DNA from: Polymyxa betae A26-41 | Lineage: Eukaryota > Protista > Endomyxa: Phytomyxea | Reading direction: 5' to 3' | Length of the DNA stretch: 64,000 nt | Assembly: GCA_003693705.1 (NCBI GenBank) | Contig: RBZT01000419.1 | Span: forward strand, 1-64,000 | Shown: positions 24,035 to 36,557 of the stretch, in pieces | Position numbering within the stretch: the stretch's first letter is position 1 | Layout of the letters: every line of letters begins with the position of its first letter | Program-made: the position numbers and the translations under genes | Notes under the pieces: model-generated | Database searches by the model: none | Told to the model about the DNA's origin: nothing | What the model saw: only the letters and a program-made list of their open reading frames with translations

Positions 24035-27000
24035 TTAAGCCACATTGATATCACTGTTCTGGGAGTAATCTGCAACACTTGTCCGGGTTTTGATACGATT
24101 CATAATTTGTGAGAACTGATTTTTGACGACCTTGGTAGCCTTTCCGTCCTCCAGATCGGCTAGATGCTCTTGAACTAGTTCGACCACAGTCTTCACTCGA
24201 TCGGCACTGACTTCAACAACTTCCTTTTCGAAGAAGTAGACCATATGGTCGAGGATTTCAATAAGGAGTTCAGCCTAGTTCACAGTTGATGAAACCGACT
24301 TTAGCAAGCATAGTAAAAAACCTGTTCTTTAGGATCCATCACATTATTTGAGACTTTAATGGCACGCTGTAGTGTTGAAAATACAGCCTCTCCTTTGTTA
24401 GCGCCAGCGCTCTTCGATGTGAAGAACATATGAGAACACAAGGACAAGGCACGAACCTAATTCGGTATTGGGCATTATCTAACGTGAAAAAGAAGACCTA
24501 ACCTGGTCACCCTTTTTCAACAATCGAGCAGCATGCTGGGCAACTTTGAGGCTCAACGTCTTATAGCTTTCCTCGCCAACCGAGCCAAGTTGCTGTCCCA
24601 AATCACATCAACAGATAGGTATCATGAGAAGACGATTGGTACCTGAACAATTCCTGCGAAAAGCACAACAGCAGCATATTGTTCTTTAGAATTAGCAATC
24701 TCTTCTTCATATGTGACAAAAGCTTGAGTCAGAAATTCATAGCAGATTTCTTCGAAAGCGCATTTATCGGCAGCTTGACCGGCAGCTAAGAACAGTCTGA
24801 CAGCAAGTTGAGGAGAGGTGGTGACAATCGAAGAGATGACTTGATGAGTGGTTTTGAAAATGGCACGAGAATTGACAGTTTGATCCCTATCCTCTCGTTG
24901 CTCTCGTTCGAAAACTCTGGGAACCAACCGCAGCAACTCAAAGGAGAGGCTAGGAACTGTGTAACTTAGACGATCGGAGGTGCGATTCGAAATTTGTTGT
25001 TTAACAAAAAGGAGCAGCTAAGTTGAGATAAGCACTTGGTTCTAACATATACGCATGCCTACCTGATAATGATAATCGGTATTCTGGTGATAGACAAGGT
25101 GAATTAGCTTGGCTAGATCATGCTGCTCTTGCTGGAAATCCATATCAAGCTCCGTCTCTTTCGATGCGTCGTCCATATCGCGCAGAAGAGGAGCAATGTA
25201 ATCAAAAAGAGTAGAAAGCTTGCTGGAATCGTTCAACACCACCGAGGTTTCCAGAACCGACTGCACCAGCATTAACATGTAGGAAGCCAAAAACGGAGCC
25301 ACTTACTTGAACGATGGCGTTGGCCACTTGCCTACGATTAGAGTAGTCGAGGTATTTCAGAACAGAAGTGTAATGGGAAAGATCAAGAACTTTGACGGAG
25401 ATCGTTTCCAGCGGAATTGTGAGTAACTTGACCACGTGTCTGACACCTGAAGATGGTAAGCTAAACGAAGCGACTCCAAACTAAAGCAGACTTTTTGGCG
25501 GTGCTAATTTGACCGCTGAGCCTTGAAGAACGCTCGATGAGAATTGCAAGATGTCGTCAATGTACGAGAGCCTATCAGGATAGACTTTGGATGCAAAGCT
25601 GATTAAAGCAACTTGCAGGCTGAGGACATCTTGAGTGGGCATATCCGGCCTTGTTTGAATGACAGATTTTGAACTCTCTTTGAACATTGCAAACATTTCC
25701 AGATCGTCGGGGATTGCAGATGGGTTCTGAACAGCATATTGCAATAAGCGGTTCATCATGCTATAGCTCGTTAAGGAAGCATTCGATTATCAAGCATAAT
25801 AGCAGACCTGATGATAACCTCTTTCGTGTTCACGTTTGTTTGCAACTGAGAGCACGAACTCAGAAACGTCTCAAGAGTAGCTAGGTGATATTCGTCAGGA
25901 AATACTTGGATCAAGCAGTCCATAAGATATTCCTACATTGCTGATTAACAACGAAGAACCGATTTTGATTCGAAAAAAGAAACCTGAGCGATTTTGTCTT
26001 TGCAATTGATAACTTGCTCCAAAACACGTGGTAAAACGATGTCCTTATAAGCCAAAAGATCGATGGATTCCAGTTGGGATAATCGGACTAGGTTGGTCCC
26101 AGCAAGCATGCGCAAGTTTTGTCGCTCTCTTTCCCTTTTTGCTCGATCTCTGTTGGCTCCCTACACTCGGTTAGCAATATGGCCGCAACAGCAGACTGTT
26201 TGCGAATCACCTGATGCTGCATGCGGACCCATAGTTTGTTCACTTCAGCAAAATTCTGAAGAACGTACTCAATAGCATCTTTGACGGGTTTCTGTTCGCT
26301 GACATCACAGTAAGATCGACATTCAAGGCAACAACAGTTTCGATATTAAGCAATTTCTGCAAACCTAAGGAGTTTGGGCACAAAACAGGCAAATATAGAA
26401 ATTAGAAATGGATACGGTGCCAAAGCAAAACAAACGGCTGACGTAACTTAATAGTCTATAAAAACAGCAATCACAATACCTTGGTTCGAGGGCTTTAGTG
26501 GTGCTAACAATATCGGGAAGATTATCCTTAGAGCACTGGGTCAGATAGCTCCTAAGAAAAAGCCCTCTCGTTGGATGCTGGACCCCTTTACACAATTGTA
26601 CCAAATCGAAGAGAATATCCATTGCAGGGCTTGTCTTGGTGCGAATATAAACCGCCCTAATGAATAGTAAACATACAATGTAAAATTGAGAGGAAAGGTA
26701 ATACCCAACTGTAATAAGCAAGTAAAGCCGTGGAATTATGAAACCGATTTGCTGAACGGTTTCGTACAAGCCCGACTTCAAATCACCGGCGACATGGACC
26801 TCTTCAAAATAATTGTCCAGATGCCTAGTAGATCATTAAAAAAATGGCGAAAAAGTGTACAGAAATCCACCTAAGTTCATCAGTCACGCTGATGTATAAG
26901 TCATAGTAATTCTGAGGTGAAAGGGCTCCTGTTCGCAGCTCAGCAACCATGTCTCCAGAGTACTTCAGTACGTCTTTCATATTGCTTTCATCGATAGCCT

Positions 27001-27170
27001 TTTTCATAAAAAACGCATTTCGTTTTACATTCTTATTGGCCTCGTCGAGAAGCCGATCCTGATCATCGCCACCGCCCAGCCGACTCGATCCTGAGTTTGG
27101 CAAGTGTGGTGAAGTCTGAGCACTACAGGTCGGAACGAAGTAAACAGGTACTTGATCGGATGCTTACCAT
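24035..27170 (-). CDS. VPS35: Retromer subunit VPS35
   Basis: [38 protein letters not shown] (PRLYL motif), [32 protein letters not shown]. The first coding exon appears to be the ATG alone (27170-27168). Confidence 0.95.
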
Positions 27171-27652
27171 GGAGAGCGGTGGTCAGAAAACGACTAGCAA
27201 AATGGATTGGGATCACGCTACGCCACGTAACTTTAGTAAGGGTTTGGTAAGTTTACACCCGAACGAACATGACTTGACGCGATCGGAGGCGCGGCCCACA
27301 ATGTTTGCTTCAGAGATTCGGGTCTTCGACTTTTCAATCTGTCTTTGCTGTCTTGGGTTTGGATTATTTTCATTAACCAATCTGAGAAAGAAGGGGCGAC
27401 AGAATAGAAGTTTATGGACGATAATGGTGTGTTGACTTTCGACCGTTTTCATTTTCGTTTCAACTTTCTACAACTTGTCCTAGAAGAGCTGAGCCAAGCT
27501 GCTCGAAGTAGATTCGTAACAACAGAGCCTTGAAAAGCTTGTAGCACATCAATTTTGTTTGGCTTGTATTCGCTCTTCATTCATGATGACTTGATACATC
27601 GTGTGACTTAGGAGTAGGGTGCAGCTATATCTGCTTACGATTGATGAATGCA

Positions 27653-27727
27653 ATTGGATTGGATTGGATTCATCTAGTTCGCTGAGCTTGGTCACCAGGC
27701 GGCGCTGTGTCCTCAAGCGCATGGCCA
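27653..27727 (-). mobile_element. Short copy of the non-LTR retroelement 3' tail (truncated LINE or SINE-like), copy A
   Basis: Aligns by eye to 34953-35036 and 60726-60813; minus strand ends ...CAGCGCCGCCTGGTGACCAAGCTCAGCGAACTAGATG(AATCC)3. Confidence 0.75.
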
Positions 27728-28784
27728 AAATTCGCAGACATAGCATCCCTAACTAACTTGCGATTGATGGGATCAGCATTGCACCTGAACTGTGAACTTT
27801 ATTTAAAAAACGACGAGTCCAGGCTTTCTGGACATCCCTACATAAAGGAGACTGCTAATAAGGTGGGAAGATGGTTGAATCGTTCAAGGCAGATTTAATC
27901 GATATTGAAGTTGATGGATCATGATTTTGAAAACTGAACTTTCTTTCCGGATGAGCTTTCTGTTCAATCAAACCCAATTCAAAGACAGACCTGAGAAGAA
28001 GCTGTCGCTGACTGATTATAAAGAAAGTCGATTTGCAGAGCAGACTAAAGACTAGAGCTTAAAGTATCGAGCAACTTGATCGGTTTTCATGGTCGACAGG
28101 TGAACCAGAGCATACAGCAATCTCAAGATCCGATCGACAGCTCGGGTCAAGAGAACATGTTTTAGAGTCGATTCGCCTTGGACCAAGTTGCTCATAAGTC
28201 ATTCCAAACAATGAATTTAATATACTCTGGCCTGACATCTTTCAAAGAACCCGATACAGCATGGTCAGAGCTCAATCACAAGCAGCAACCGGTTACTTGC
28301 ATGTCAGCTTTTATTCTTGAACATACCTCGTGGTTGCTGATGGTTTTGATTTAGCAAAGACGATAAGTTCTGAGATAGCGAAGGCGGAAGAGACTCTGTA
28401 AAAAATCGAAACCAAGCACGAGCTCTAAATTACAATCCGAGCGATTCGTATGACGAAAAGATCCTCATTGCATTCCGTGAAGAAATGAATCTCGGGCTGA
28501 AGACCGATTCGATGCCAAACACGACCGTATTTTGTCAATGCAAACTAACGATGATACCAATAGGGTGAGCAGCATCCATAATGACCAATTTATTGCTTCT
28601 CCTGAGGCAATAAACGATGAGTATAAAAAGTGCAAGCTGCTTAAGAAAGTGAGGCAAAAAACCCTAGATGAGTGGCCCTTCATTACTCTACGCATGTCCG
28701 GAAATAGCCTTTTTCCATCGGTCGCCGACCGAAGGCAAACAACAGCAGCTGTGGTGGTAGTTTCGGCCATAGATCATTGACCGC

Positions 28785-31208
28785 ATGGATAAACGCGATG
28801 AGCGTTATCTGCCTGAAATGCCGCTCGACGTCGATGACCTGGGCTTACGTCCTCGTCTGGATATGCTGCTAACTGAAGAGTACACCGTCGTTGACACGAT
28901 TACGAAATTGCTTATGCTCTGTTCTAGTGGCAATTTCCTGAGCAGCATGGAAAGGCTTCCGACCTCGCTTCATGACAGGCTTCAGACGCCACTTCATGAT
29001 ACAAACTCAATCGGTAAGAATTACGGTTTAATTGAACATCGGAATTCATTCTGGATTTGCTATATTTTCATTTATTATGCTTTCTGTCTGAAATCGGTCC
29101 GTTTTTTGCTAAAGAATTCGTGATCATTAGAAACAGATATGTTCCTTTGTGATTTTACAGCGACATTTCTAGTCGCTTTGTTAATCCGAATCTGACACTC
29201 TTATTTTTGCTGTTAAATCCCGATTATTATTGTTTTTTGCTTGCTGTGCGTTTTTTGAAAGAAATTGATTTTGTTTATTAGCTTTGAATGCAATGGCGAT
29301 GTCGCGCGAGTCATGCATGCGCCGAGTTCAAACTTGTCCAACTGACCTCAGCAGCCTTTTCCAGCAGAATAACTCGCCGGCACCGATTCAGCCCATTCAA
29401 CGTATGAGACGTCAAATGTCGCAGACATATCTGCCGCTATTCGGTCAGCTTGAACAGCAGCAACAACAACAGCAATCTGCCGATTTCCGTTTTTCGCAGC
29501 CATCTGCAATGAATCAGAATTCTATGCCTTTAGTCGATTTGTTTGCTACTCCGAGCACTCCTCAATCCCATCCTCGTATGCTTTATTTGAGGAGTTTTAT
29601 TTCCGCTCTTTTTATAATTGTTTCGATCCAGTCTGCTTTTGGCTTTTTATCTACTTTGTTCAAACTCTATCAAGTATGAATTGTTTCATAGCCACGTTTC
29701 AATCTCGCTGTTCATCTTTTCTCGCTTTTTTGTTTTTTAAGCTGTTATTTCTTCTGATTTGACGGGTTAGTATCCCTCTCGCTGGAACACATGCAGAACA
29801 TTGGCCACATTCAAGCGGCTCCTGTAATGGCTCTGCCTGTAATTGGTCCAAGCTCTTTTCATAACCCAACCCGTGAGGTAGCGTTGTCTTTTTTGTAACT
29901 AATGTCACACTTCCAGTGGTTTTGAACAGCGTTTGTTTTTGACTTGCTGATCGCTCTATTAGTTTGCTGGATTGCGTCGTATCCAGACAGCTCCTGTTTC
30001 ACTAGCATCAATGGCGGCGTCTGATGCGGACCAGAGGCTTGCGAAAAAGGCTGAGCAAGCCAGGCAAAGTCGTCGCAGAAAGAAGGTACTGGAAGGATCA
30101 GATGTCGCTCGAGAAGCTCATCATCTTATCTTGTTTTACGCAGGAACAAATTCAGCAGCTTGAAGCCCAAGTGACAAAGCTATCATCCCGTCTTGCTGAA
30201 CTGCAGGCTACCTATAATCCCGATCAGCTTCAGGCTTCTCACGCGTAACTCCTCTCTTGTGTTTTTTGCGATCCCATTTGCTGTGTTGTTAGTTTCTCAA
30301 TAAGTTTTTCATCTAATTATGATGTTTTGCTTGCAATGCTAACTGCAATGCTCTGTTTCAGATATGACCAAACTATGATAAAGAACCGCATGAATGAGCT
30401 TTTGCAAATGGACCCGATCCCATCAGATGAGCTCAATCAACTTATCGAAGTTCGTGTTTATCAGTCATTCCTTCTCAACGGCTCCATTTATTATGCCATT
30501 TGCTTTCAAGCAGCATCTGAATGTTTTTCCCCTAATATGGTTTGCTGCAGGAGTTCATCAGGAATTCGCGAAATCGTCAAAATTGTGCTGATTGCTATCT
30601 GGCTCGTGCTTCGCGTAATCTGGCCCCTACTGTTCAAGACCGGTTTCTTCATTGGGCCTTAAACATTGTATCGCCACAAGCTTCATTGTATGATCCTATG
30701 GCAGACGCTGTCAAAGTAAGCAACTTTGCGCTTATCCTATGACTTGTCACTTTTTTGATGATGTTTGGCTGTTATTAACGAATGGCTATAACTTCCATTC
30801 AGCTGTTTATGTAAAGTGGAGTTGCTTAAATATATTGTTAGATTAGAGCATCTCACTCGAGATGGCAGTTAGCAATTAGTAATGAATGCGTTATTTAGGC
30901 GGGCATTTCTCCATCTCAGCTACAGCAACTGCAAGCTTTCCAGCTACCCTTTCAAGATCTGTCTTGGTCATTGGGTCAGATCGAAGACCGTCTTAGGAAG
31001 CTTTCCAAGCGAATTCGAAAACACCTCTCTGCTCAGCACGAACATATCGACAGGCTGCGATCGATTCTAACTGTCGAACAGGTGGCGAGATTCTGGTGTG
31101 TCATATTCTGTAAACTTACTTGCTGCTTTTACTAATACGAAGCTCAGCTTGTGGGTTGATAACAATCCAGTCTGTGCACAAATGCTTTCAAGGGTGTGGG
31201 GAACATAA
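28785..31208 (+). CDS. bZIP transcription factor with C-terminal helical (DOG1/TGA-like) domain, multi-exon
   Basis: Basic region/zipper QRLAKKAEQARQSRRRKK|EQIQQLEAQVTKLSSRLAELQ; poly-Q near 29455-29473; C-terminal LRSILTVEQVARFCLWVDNNP..RVWGT*. Some internal exons uncertain. Confidence 0.8.
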
Positions 31209-31487
31209 TGCTTCAAATGCTTTTTGCCTGTTTTCTAACTATTCGATATTCCTATTATCTACCTTGGTTTTATCTAAATCTATTGCCTAAACGACCATCT
31301 GTAATAAATATGCTAGAGCTATATCATTTCCAATTCGTCTGATTTGCTTTTCATTGGCTCTCAATGATTGTATTCTTTTTCTGGAAATAGCTCCCTGAGT
31401 CGTTTCGCATAACCTCGTAAAGTATACTTTGCATCGTCTTCCGTCAGTCGAAAAGCCACAACTCGCCACTTTATTCCAAAGTTTTTG

Positions 31488-32403
31488 TCAGCTCGAGTTT
31501 CTTTCGGCAAAAAAGTTTGTACTGTATTCAGATAGCTTGACGTTCGCGAACTTGGCGGCTGTGGATGCCATGCCCATGAGCTTTCAATTCTAGAAAATCA
31601 CCTGCACGTGTTACAGATTCTTCCGGCAGTTGGAGATCATGAACAGGATGGGGACTGACGCCGCCAATGTTAGCTGATGTTGATGGTGAGCTCTCACCTT
31701 TAAACAGATTTACTCGCAGTGATGGATCGGATCCTGCCACAGGAATCTTGGTCGCCTGATCGATTCGGTTTTGGTAATCCTGCTTCAGTATGGCCGCTGG
31801 GGAATTGCTATTTGGAAGTACCCTTCCAGCAGGCACATATTGTTGTGATGTTGAAGAACCGGTGTTGGCATTACTGTTTCCTGAGTTGGTGTGACATCCT
31901 AATGCAATATGATTATCATTTCTTAACAAGCTGATGAACTTCGACATTTACAAAAAATTACTGATTTGAAATCGCACGATGTAAAGAAATGAAACACGAT
32001 GTAAAGAAATTTGTCATGCAAAAAGTGCAAATTCTAAACGGAAATTGTTACCGATATCTTTGGAACAACGGTTCTTGTTCTCTCTCGGCCCAAACTTCAC
32101 TTGTAATGTTACAGACCCACAAGCCGAATTAGTCTCGATAGCGTATGATAAGCTTGCTGGAGAATCGACCATGAGATTTGTGCCTTGGCAGACAAAATGC
32201 ATTTCCCGTCTGGCTTCGGCTTCGTTGATCACATCGAAGACAAACGAGTATTCACGTTGCTGCGTCAGGGCTTGTGTACGATGCACAAACTCCACCAACC
32301 CAGCGTAGTCTCGTCGGTCGTGAAGACGGCATGAACGAGGGGTCCTATCGTGATTTTCGACGATAACGTTGACGACGACTGCGTTCAAAGGCACCCAACC
32401 CAT
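31488..32403 (-). CDS. Hypothetical 3-exon protein (N-terminal alpha/beta domain, possibly PB1-like, plus S/N-rich linker)
   Basis: ORFs 32014-32403 and 31528-31947 join in phase via a GT-AG intron 32051-31899; second intron 31601-31559; TGA at 31490-31488. Confidence 0.45.
31974..32010. repeat. Two-copy intronic direct repeat
   Basis: CACGATGTAAAGAAAT occurs twice with a 20-bp period. Confidence 0.8.
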
Positions 32404-32904
32404 TTAAAAACCCAAGGCGAAAATATCTCACCCTTTTTGCAATTTAAAGTAGATATTATACATAGGGGAAGAATATCACGAAGTGGCTTTGTTTCTGCGA
32501 ACTACTGTTCATATTAGACGATAGTGAGTTCGGTCTCAGCTCAGCTGCATGCAGAAATAGAATTGGACATTCGTCTGCCTCTTTAGCAAAAACAGAAAGT
32601 TTTTCCAGAAAAATCGAAGCATTCTTGCAGCACTGAAATAATTGGAGCCACAATATCCAACGTGTCCATTTTATCGTCGTCGCGCAGAATCTCGGCGAAT
32701 ATTATTCTCATTTACTGCAATGTTTCGTCATGTCAGCAAAACAGTACTATAATTCTCTTTCTATTCACAATGCGGGAGCAAACTTATAACAAATATTACA
32801 TGCGTCTTTATTGAGACCTGATTATCGATAGGTGCAATCAATACTATTCGGACGCCACCTGCATGAGATGTATGCTAAGGAATATAGGACATTGGAGTTA
32901 GAAT

Positions 32905-33778
32905 TCAATGACTGGAGCCTGGGTGTCTTACGCCTTCTTGTGTGATACCGGTATGCCTCTGAAAATTTGTTGTATCAGCAGAAGCGGGTATCACATTAAT
33001 GTGGATCTTTGAGTGCCTTTTGACATGGCTTTTATGGGCGAACGACCTGGAACATACCGGACAGCTATAAGGACGCTCGCCAGTATGAGACCTCATATGC
33101 ACGGTTCTATGCGTTGATTGTGAAAACTAGCAAATTCAATCAAAAAGTAAACAAAGAAGCTAAGCAATCTTTTACCATCTTTCCACAGCCAGGCCATTCA
33201 CATGGGAACGGGCGCTCTCCTGTGTGAATTCTGTGATGACGCTTGAGAGGTTCAAGCTGAAAGAACTACGAAGGACCTTAAAAGATGCTTCACATATAGG
33301 TAGGAAATCCAAAGCCTACCGATTTTCCACAGCCTTTCCAATGGCATCGGAATGGTTTTGAATTGGCAGAGCCTGGAGATACTTTAGGCGAGCTGGCCCT
33401 CTTTGCAAAAGCAGAAGATTCAACTGGCTTGGAGCTGGGATTGATAACGCCGGAGTCGACAATTTGGGCTCTATTACGAACGATAATGGCGCTCAGTGTC
33501 TCCTCTGACTCGATTGCTGTATCATCGCTTGATACGGACGAGGCGCTAGGGCTAGAGACTTGAGTCGAGGCGCAGGTAGATGAGCGCATCGACGGCGGGG
33601 CGTATTGAACTGGCGTCGGAACCATCACGATCATAGTTGTAGCGGCCTGCAGCCTGCATGGGGTAGGGCAGAGCGGCATCGAAGGCAGCATAACCGGGGC
33701 CGTGTGTGTAGCTGGCACTAACAGCTGCTGGCAGCCATAGAAGCCAAGAGGTTGGCGGCCGTTCATGAAGAATTGCAT
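32905..33778 (-). CDS. Three-finger C2H2 zinc-finger transcription factor (KLF/SP-like spacing)
   Basis: Spliced over two introns: [81 protein letters not shown]; P/S/T-rich N-terminus. Confidence 0.9.
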
Positions 33779-34952
33779 AGAGAATAAAAATGGAGAATGG
33801 CGAGGAGAATGCGAGGGGTCTGTCGAGGGACAGGAAAGGAGTGGCAGCGCAAGTCCTCACGAGCAGAACATGGCCCGTTTTTTCTGGATTGAGCGCGTCC
33901 AGTGGAGCAAGCTGGAAAATTTCTACCGGGGTCTATGAGGTCGAGCAAGACCGTGGTGACGGGTCATCGACCAGTCCCAGAGATGGGATGTGCGTGTCAT
34001 GACATCCTGTGTGACGGATACCGAACAGGCAAGCGAGGTTCTCCCCACCTCGTCAGAAACTGCGTAACTGAAGCTATCTCATTTTTTGCGTACTCTTATC
34101 TTTGGTGATTGCCTGATTGATTCTCGGAGTAATCCGATGTGCGATTTGTTGGATTCTCACATCGCACTACAGGGGATATACGGTACGAAACAGTCATATA
34201 AACAGTACTGTGTTTTTTCTATGAGTTGTTTATTGTGAATGATACAGTGGTCCTCACTTCCATAGGAACTGCACAGCTTCAAAGACCTCAAGCACTAATG
34301 ATCGACGAACTCCAAAGAGTTGAACCTCGCAATGCAATAACAGGCATCATTCACAGAAAATAAGGCAAATTGTTCCTAACAAAGTCCAGGTATAAAAACA
34401 GCATTCTGACACATAGATTATAGAATGTTGCTGAAACATATATTGATTTAGGACCCATTATTGCCATAGACATATGATTTCGTTATTAATGAGACGACTT
34501 AAGTAAAATTGCCTCCACAACTCGGAATCAGCCTACTCAAGGCATTTCTCGGAAAATCCAATCCAAACAATTTTAAATGTTAGACATCGACTTGAACGTA
34601 CGGTGGGACGGTCCTGGGACGGTCCTACTCGATTTCGACATACCGAGCCGAGGGTACCAGAACTCGACCTAGATCAAAAAGGCTAAAGATCGGTAACCAC
34701 CCCATTAGTCAAAGAGTACCGTTCTGCTGGTCGATCCTGCAATGATTTCTGTTTTACAAACCTCAGGTTTCCTCTTACACTGATAGTCCAATGCACACAT
34801 GGATCTCCTATCAATTTACTGATCGGTTTTCAAATGGAAGTCGGATTGCTAAGATTCAGTTGTCGCAGGCGCTATTGTCTAGATATCTTGCAAAGCCCAC
34901 TTTGCGCCATTTCATTGCATTTTTTCAATTAAATTAGATTGCAATAAAAACC

Positions 34953-35036
34953 TTGATTGGCTTGGATTTGTCAAGTTCGTCGATCTTTTTAACAGGCGGC
35001 GCTGTTTCCTAAGCGCAAGGCCGATGGTACCTAGGC
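34953..35036 (-). mobile_element. Short copy of the non-LTR retroelement 3' tail, copy B
   Basis: Plus strand AACAGGCGGCGCTGTTTCCTAAGCGCAAGGCCGATGGTACCTAGGC matches 60768-60813; degenerate (GGATT)n tail on the left. Confidence 0.75.
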
Positions 35037-35174
35037 AGTAGGCATTGCCTTGATAACTATCAGTTCCCTACTACCAATTTCGGAGCTGTTAATTTCACCC
35101 TAAAATGAAACCTTGATACAGACTAGAATCAGAAGACGATAGAAGTGACAGTCGACGAAAAGACCGGCAAAAGT

Positions 35175-35378
35175 ATGTCGCAGTCCCAAGGGCGGCTAGT
35201 GGTCGCCGCTTTCATGGCCGTGACCGGCCTGGCCATGACTGTCGCTCACGTATACCTACCGTATTTCAGTCCAGATAGCATCAGGCGCCGAGAAATTGCA
35301 GCCGCTCAGCTTCGCGGTGAGATACAAGAGTCATCATCGGGACATTCAGCAGCATCGATGTGGTCAAGATTGAAATAA
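35175..35378 (+). CDS. 67-aa single-pass membrane protein, unknown function
   Basis: MSQSQGRLVVAAFMAVTGLAMTVAHVYLPYFSP..SMWSRLK; one hydrophobic helix; GC-richer than its flanks; intergenic position. Confidence 0.65.
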   Translation: MSQSQGRLVVAAFMAVTGLAMTVAHVYLPYFSPDSIRRREIAAAQLRGEIQESSSGHSAASMWSRLK

Positions 35379-35558
35379 AGAACGCCACAGAACCAGCGAA
35401 AATGCTGCTTCTAAGGATAAATGCAAGTGAGTTTGAAATCGCTCTAGGAGTTTATCTACATATAAAGTTTCGGATAGAGAAAAGTTCAGAATCATTGATT
35501 ATCTATAGTGGCTATTAAGCTGTAAGCAGGGAACTGGCTCGATTCATGCAAATCATGC

Positions 35559-36557
35559 TCAATACATGGATGACTGATGATTAGACTTTGGGGCTCGAAT
35601 CTTCTCCAAATTTTTGATGATCCTACATAAAAAGATAAGCGAATCGATAGAATCAATTCGAAAGTAGTTTACAGATCATGAAGGAGAGCAGCATTATTCC
35701 GCAGGTCGCTACCTACAATGCATTTAGCAATTCGTGGAGAGTACAGCACAATGATATTACAGAACAGCTTCAAGTTTGTGTACATTTTCGAATCCAGTTC
35801 TTTGACAGCCATGAGATAATCATGTACTTCGGGATATTTTAACATTTTCGACCCAACCTTGGCACGACTGAAACAACATAAATAATGATGGTAGCGAGAA
35901 CGATATGGAGAGAACATACGCGACGAAATAACCAGCCATTGACTCCAAGATTGAGAACACGCCATCCTCGGCTCGTGATAATTCCGAAACTGTTTCTTCT
36001 TGAATAGATACGCCTAGGCTGGGTTAGAAGCAGAAATCTAGCCATGATAAGTTCGAACCGAAGTTGTTTCCATCTTCGATTCGGGGAATAGCTAACTGGA
36101 TGGAGATTTTCACAGTGCCAATGAGCTCGATCATATCAAGCATTTGGGTTTTCAGGAGCTCTAATGGAGCTACGACTGATTTGTTGCATTTCAATATAGA
36201 AACGGTTCTTGGTGCTAGATGATCGTCAACCGCAACAACAGCATCGTTTGTCTTCCGCTTCTTCTGGTTAGATGGCGACGTCAGGTGGTTGTCCTTGCGA
36301 ACAGCTTCGACCTCGATAGAGCTCGTGACTTGCTCAGGATCGACATTGAACTCTGGAGCCTCTTTCAGCAACTTTTGCAGCTGCATAACCTTGGCAGGCA
36401 ACTTCACATGAATGATATCGTTGGCATCTTTTGAGAACTCATCTAAAACAAAGCGATTGAAAATCAGCTGGCAAAGTGAACCATCGTAGCTACCAATGAT
36501 GGTTTGGTATTGCAGGAGATAGTCGTCGGGCAAGCTCTGGTCCTCAGCGACAGACAT
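35559..36557 (-). CDS. PSME3: Proteasome activator PA28/REG (11S; PSME3-like)
   Basis: Activation loop IPRIEDGNNFG|VSIQEE, KYPEVHDY, DLRNNAALLHDL|IIKNLEKIRAPKSNHQSSMY*; several short introns. Confidence 0.93.

Noticed and set aside
27750-28780. Possible degenerate coding sequence upstream of the bZIP gene
   Set aside because: Frequent stops in all frames and no recognisable motif.
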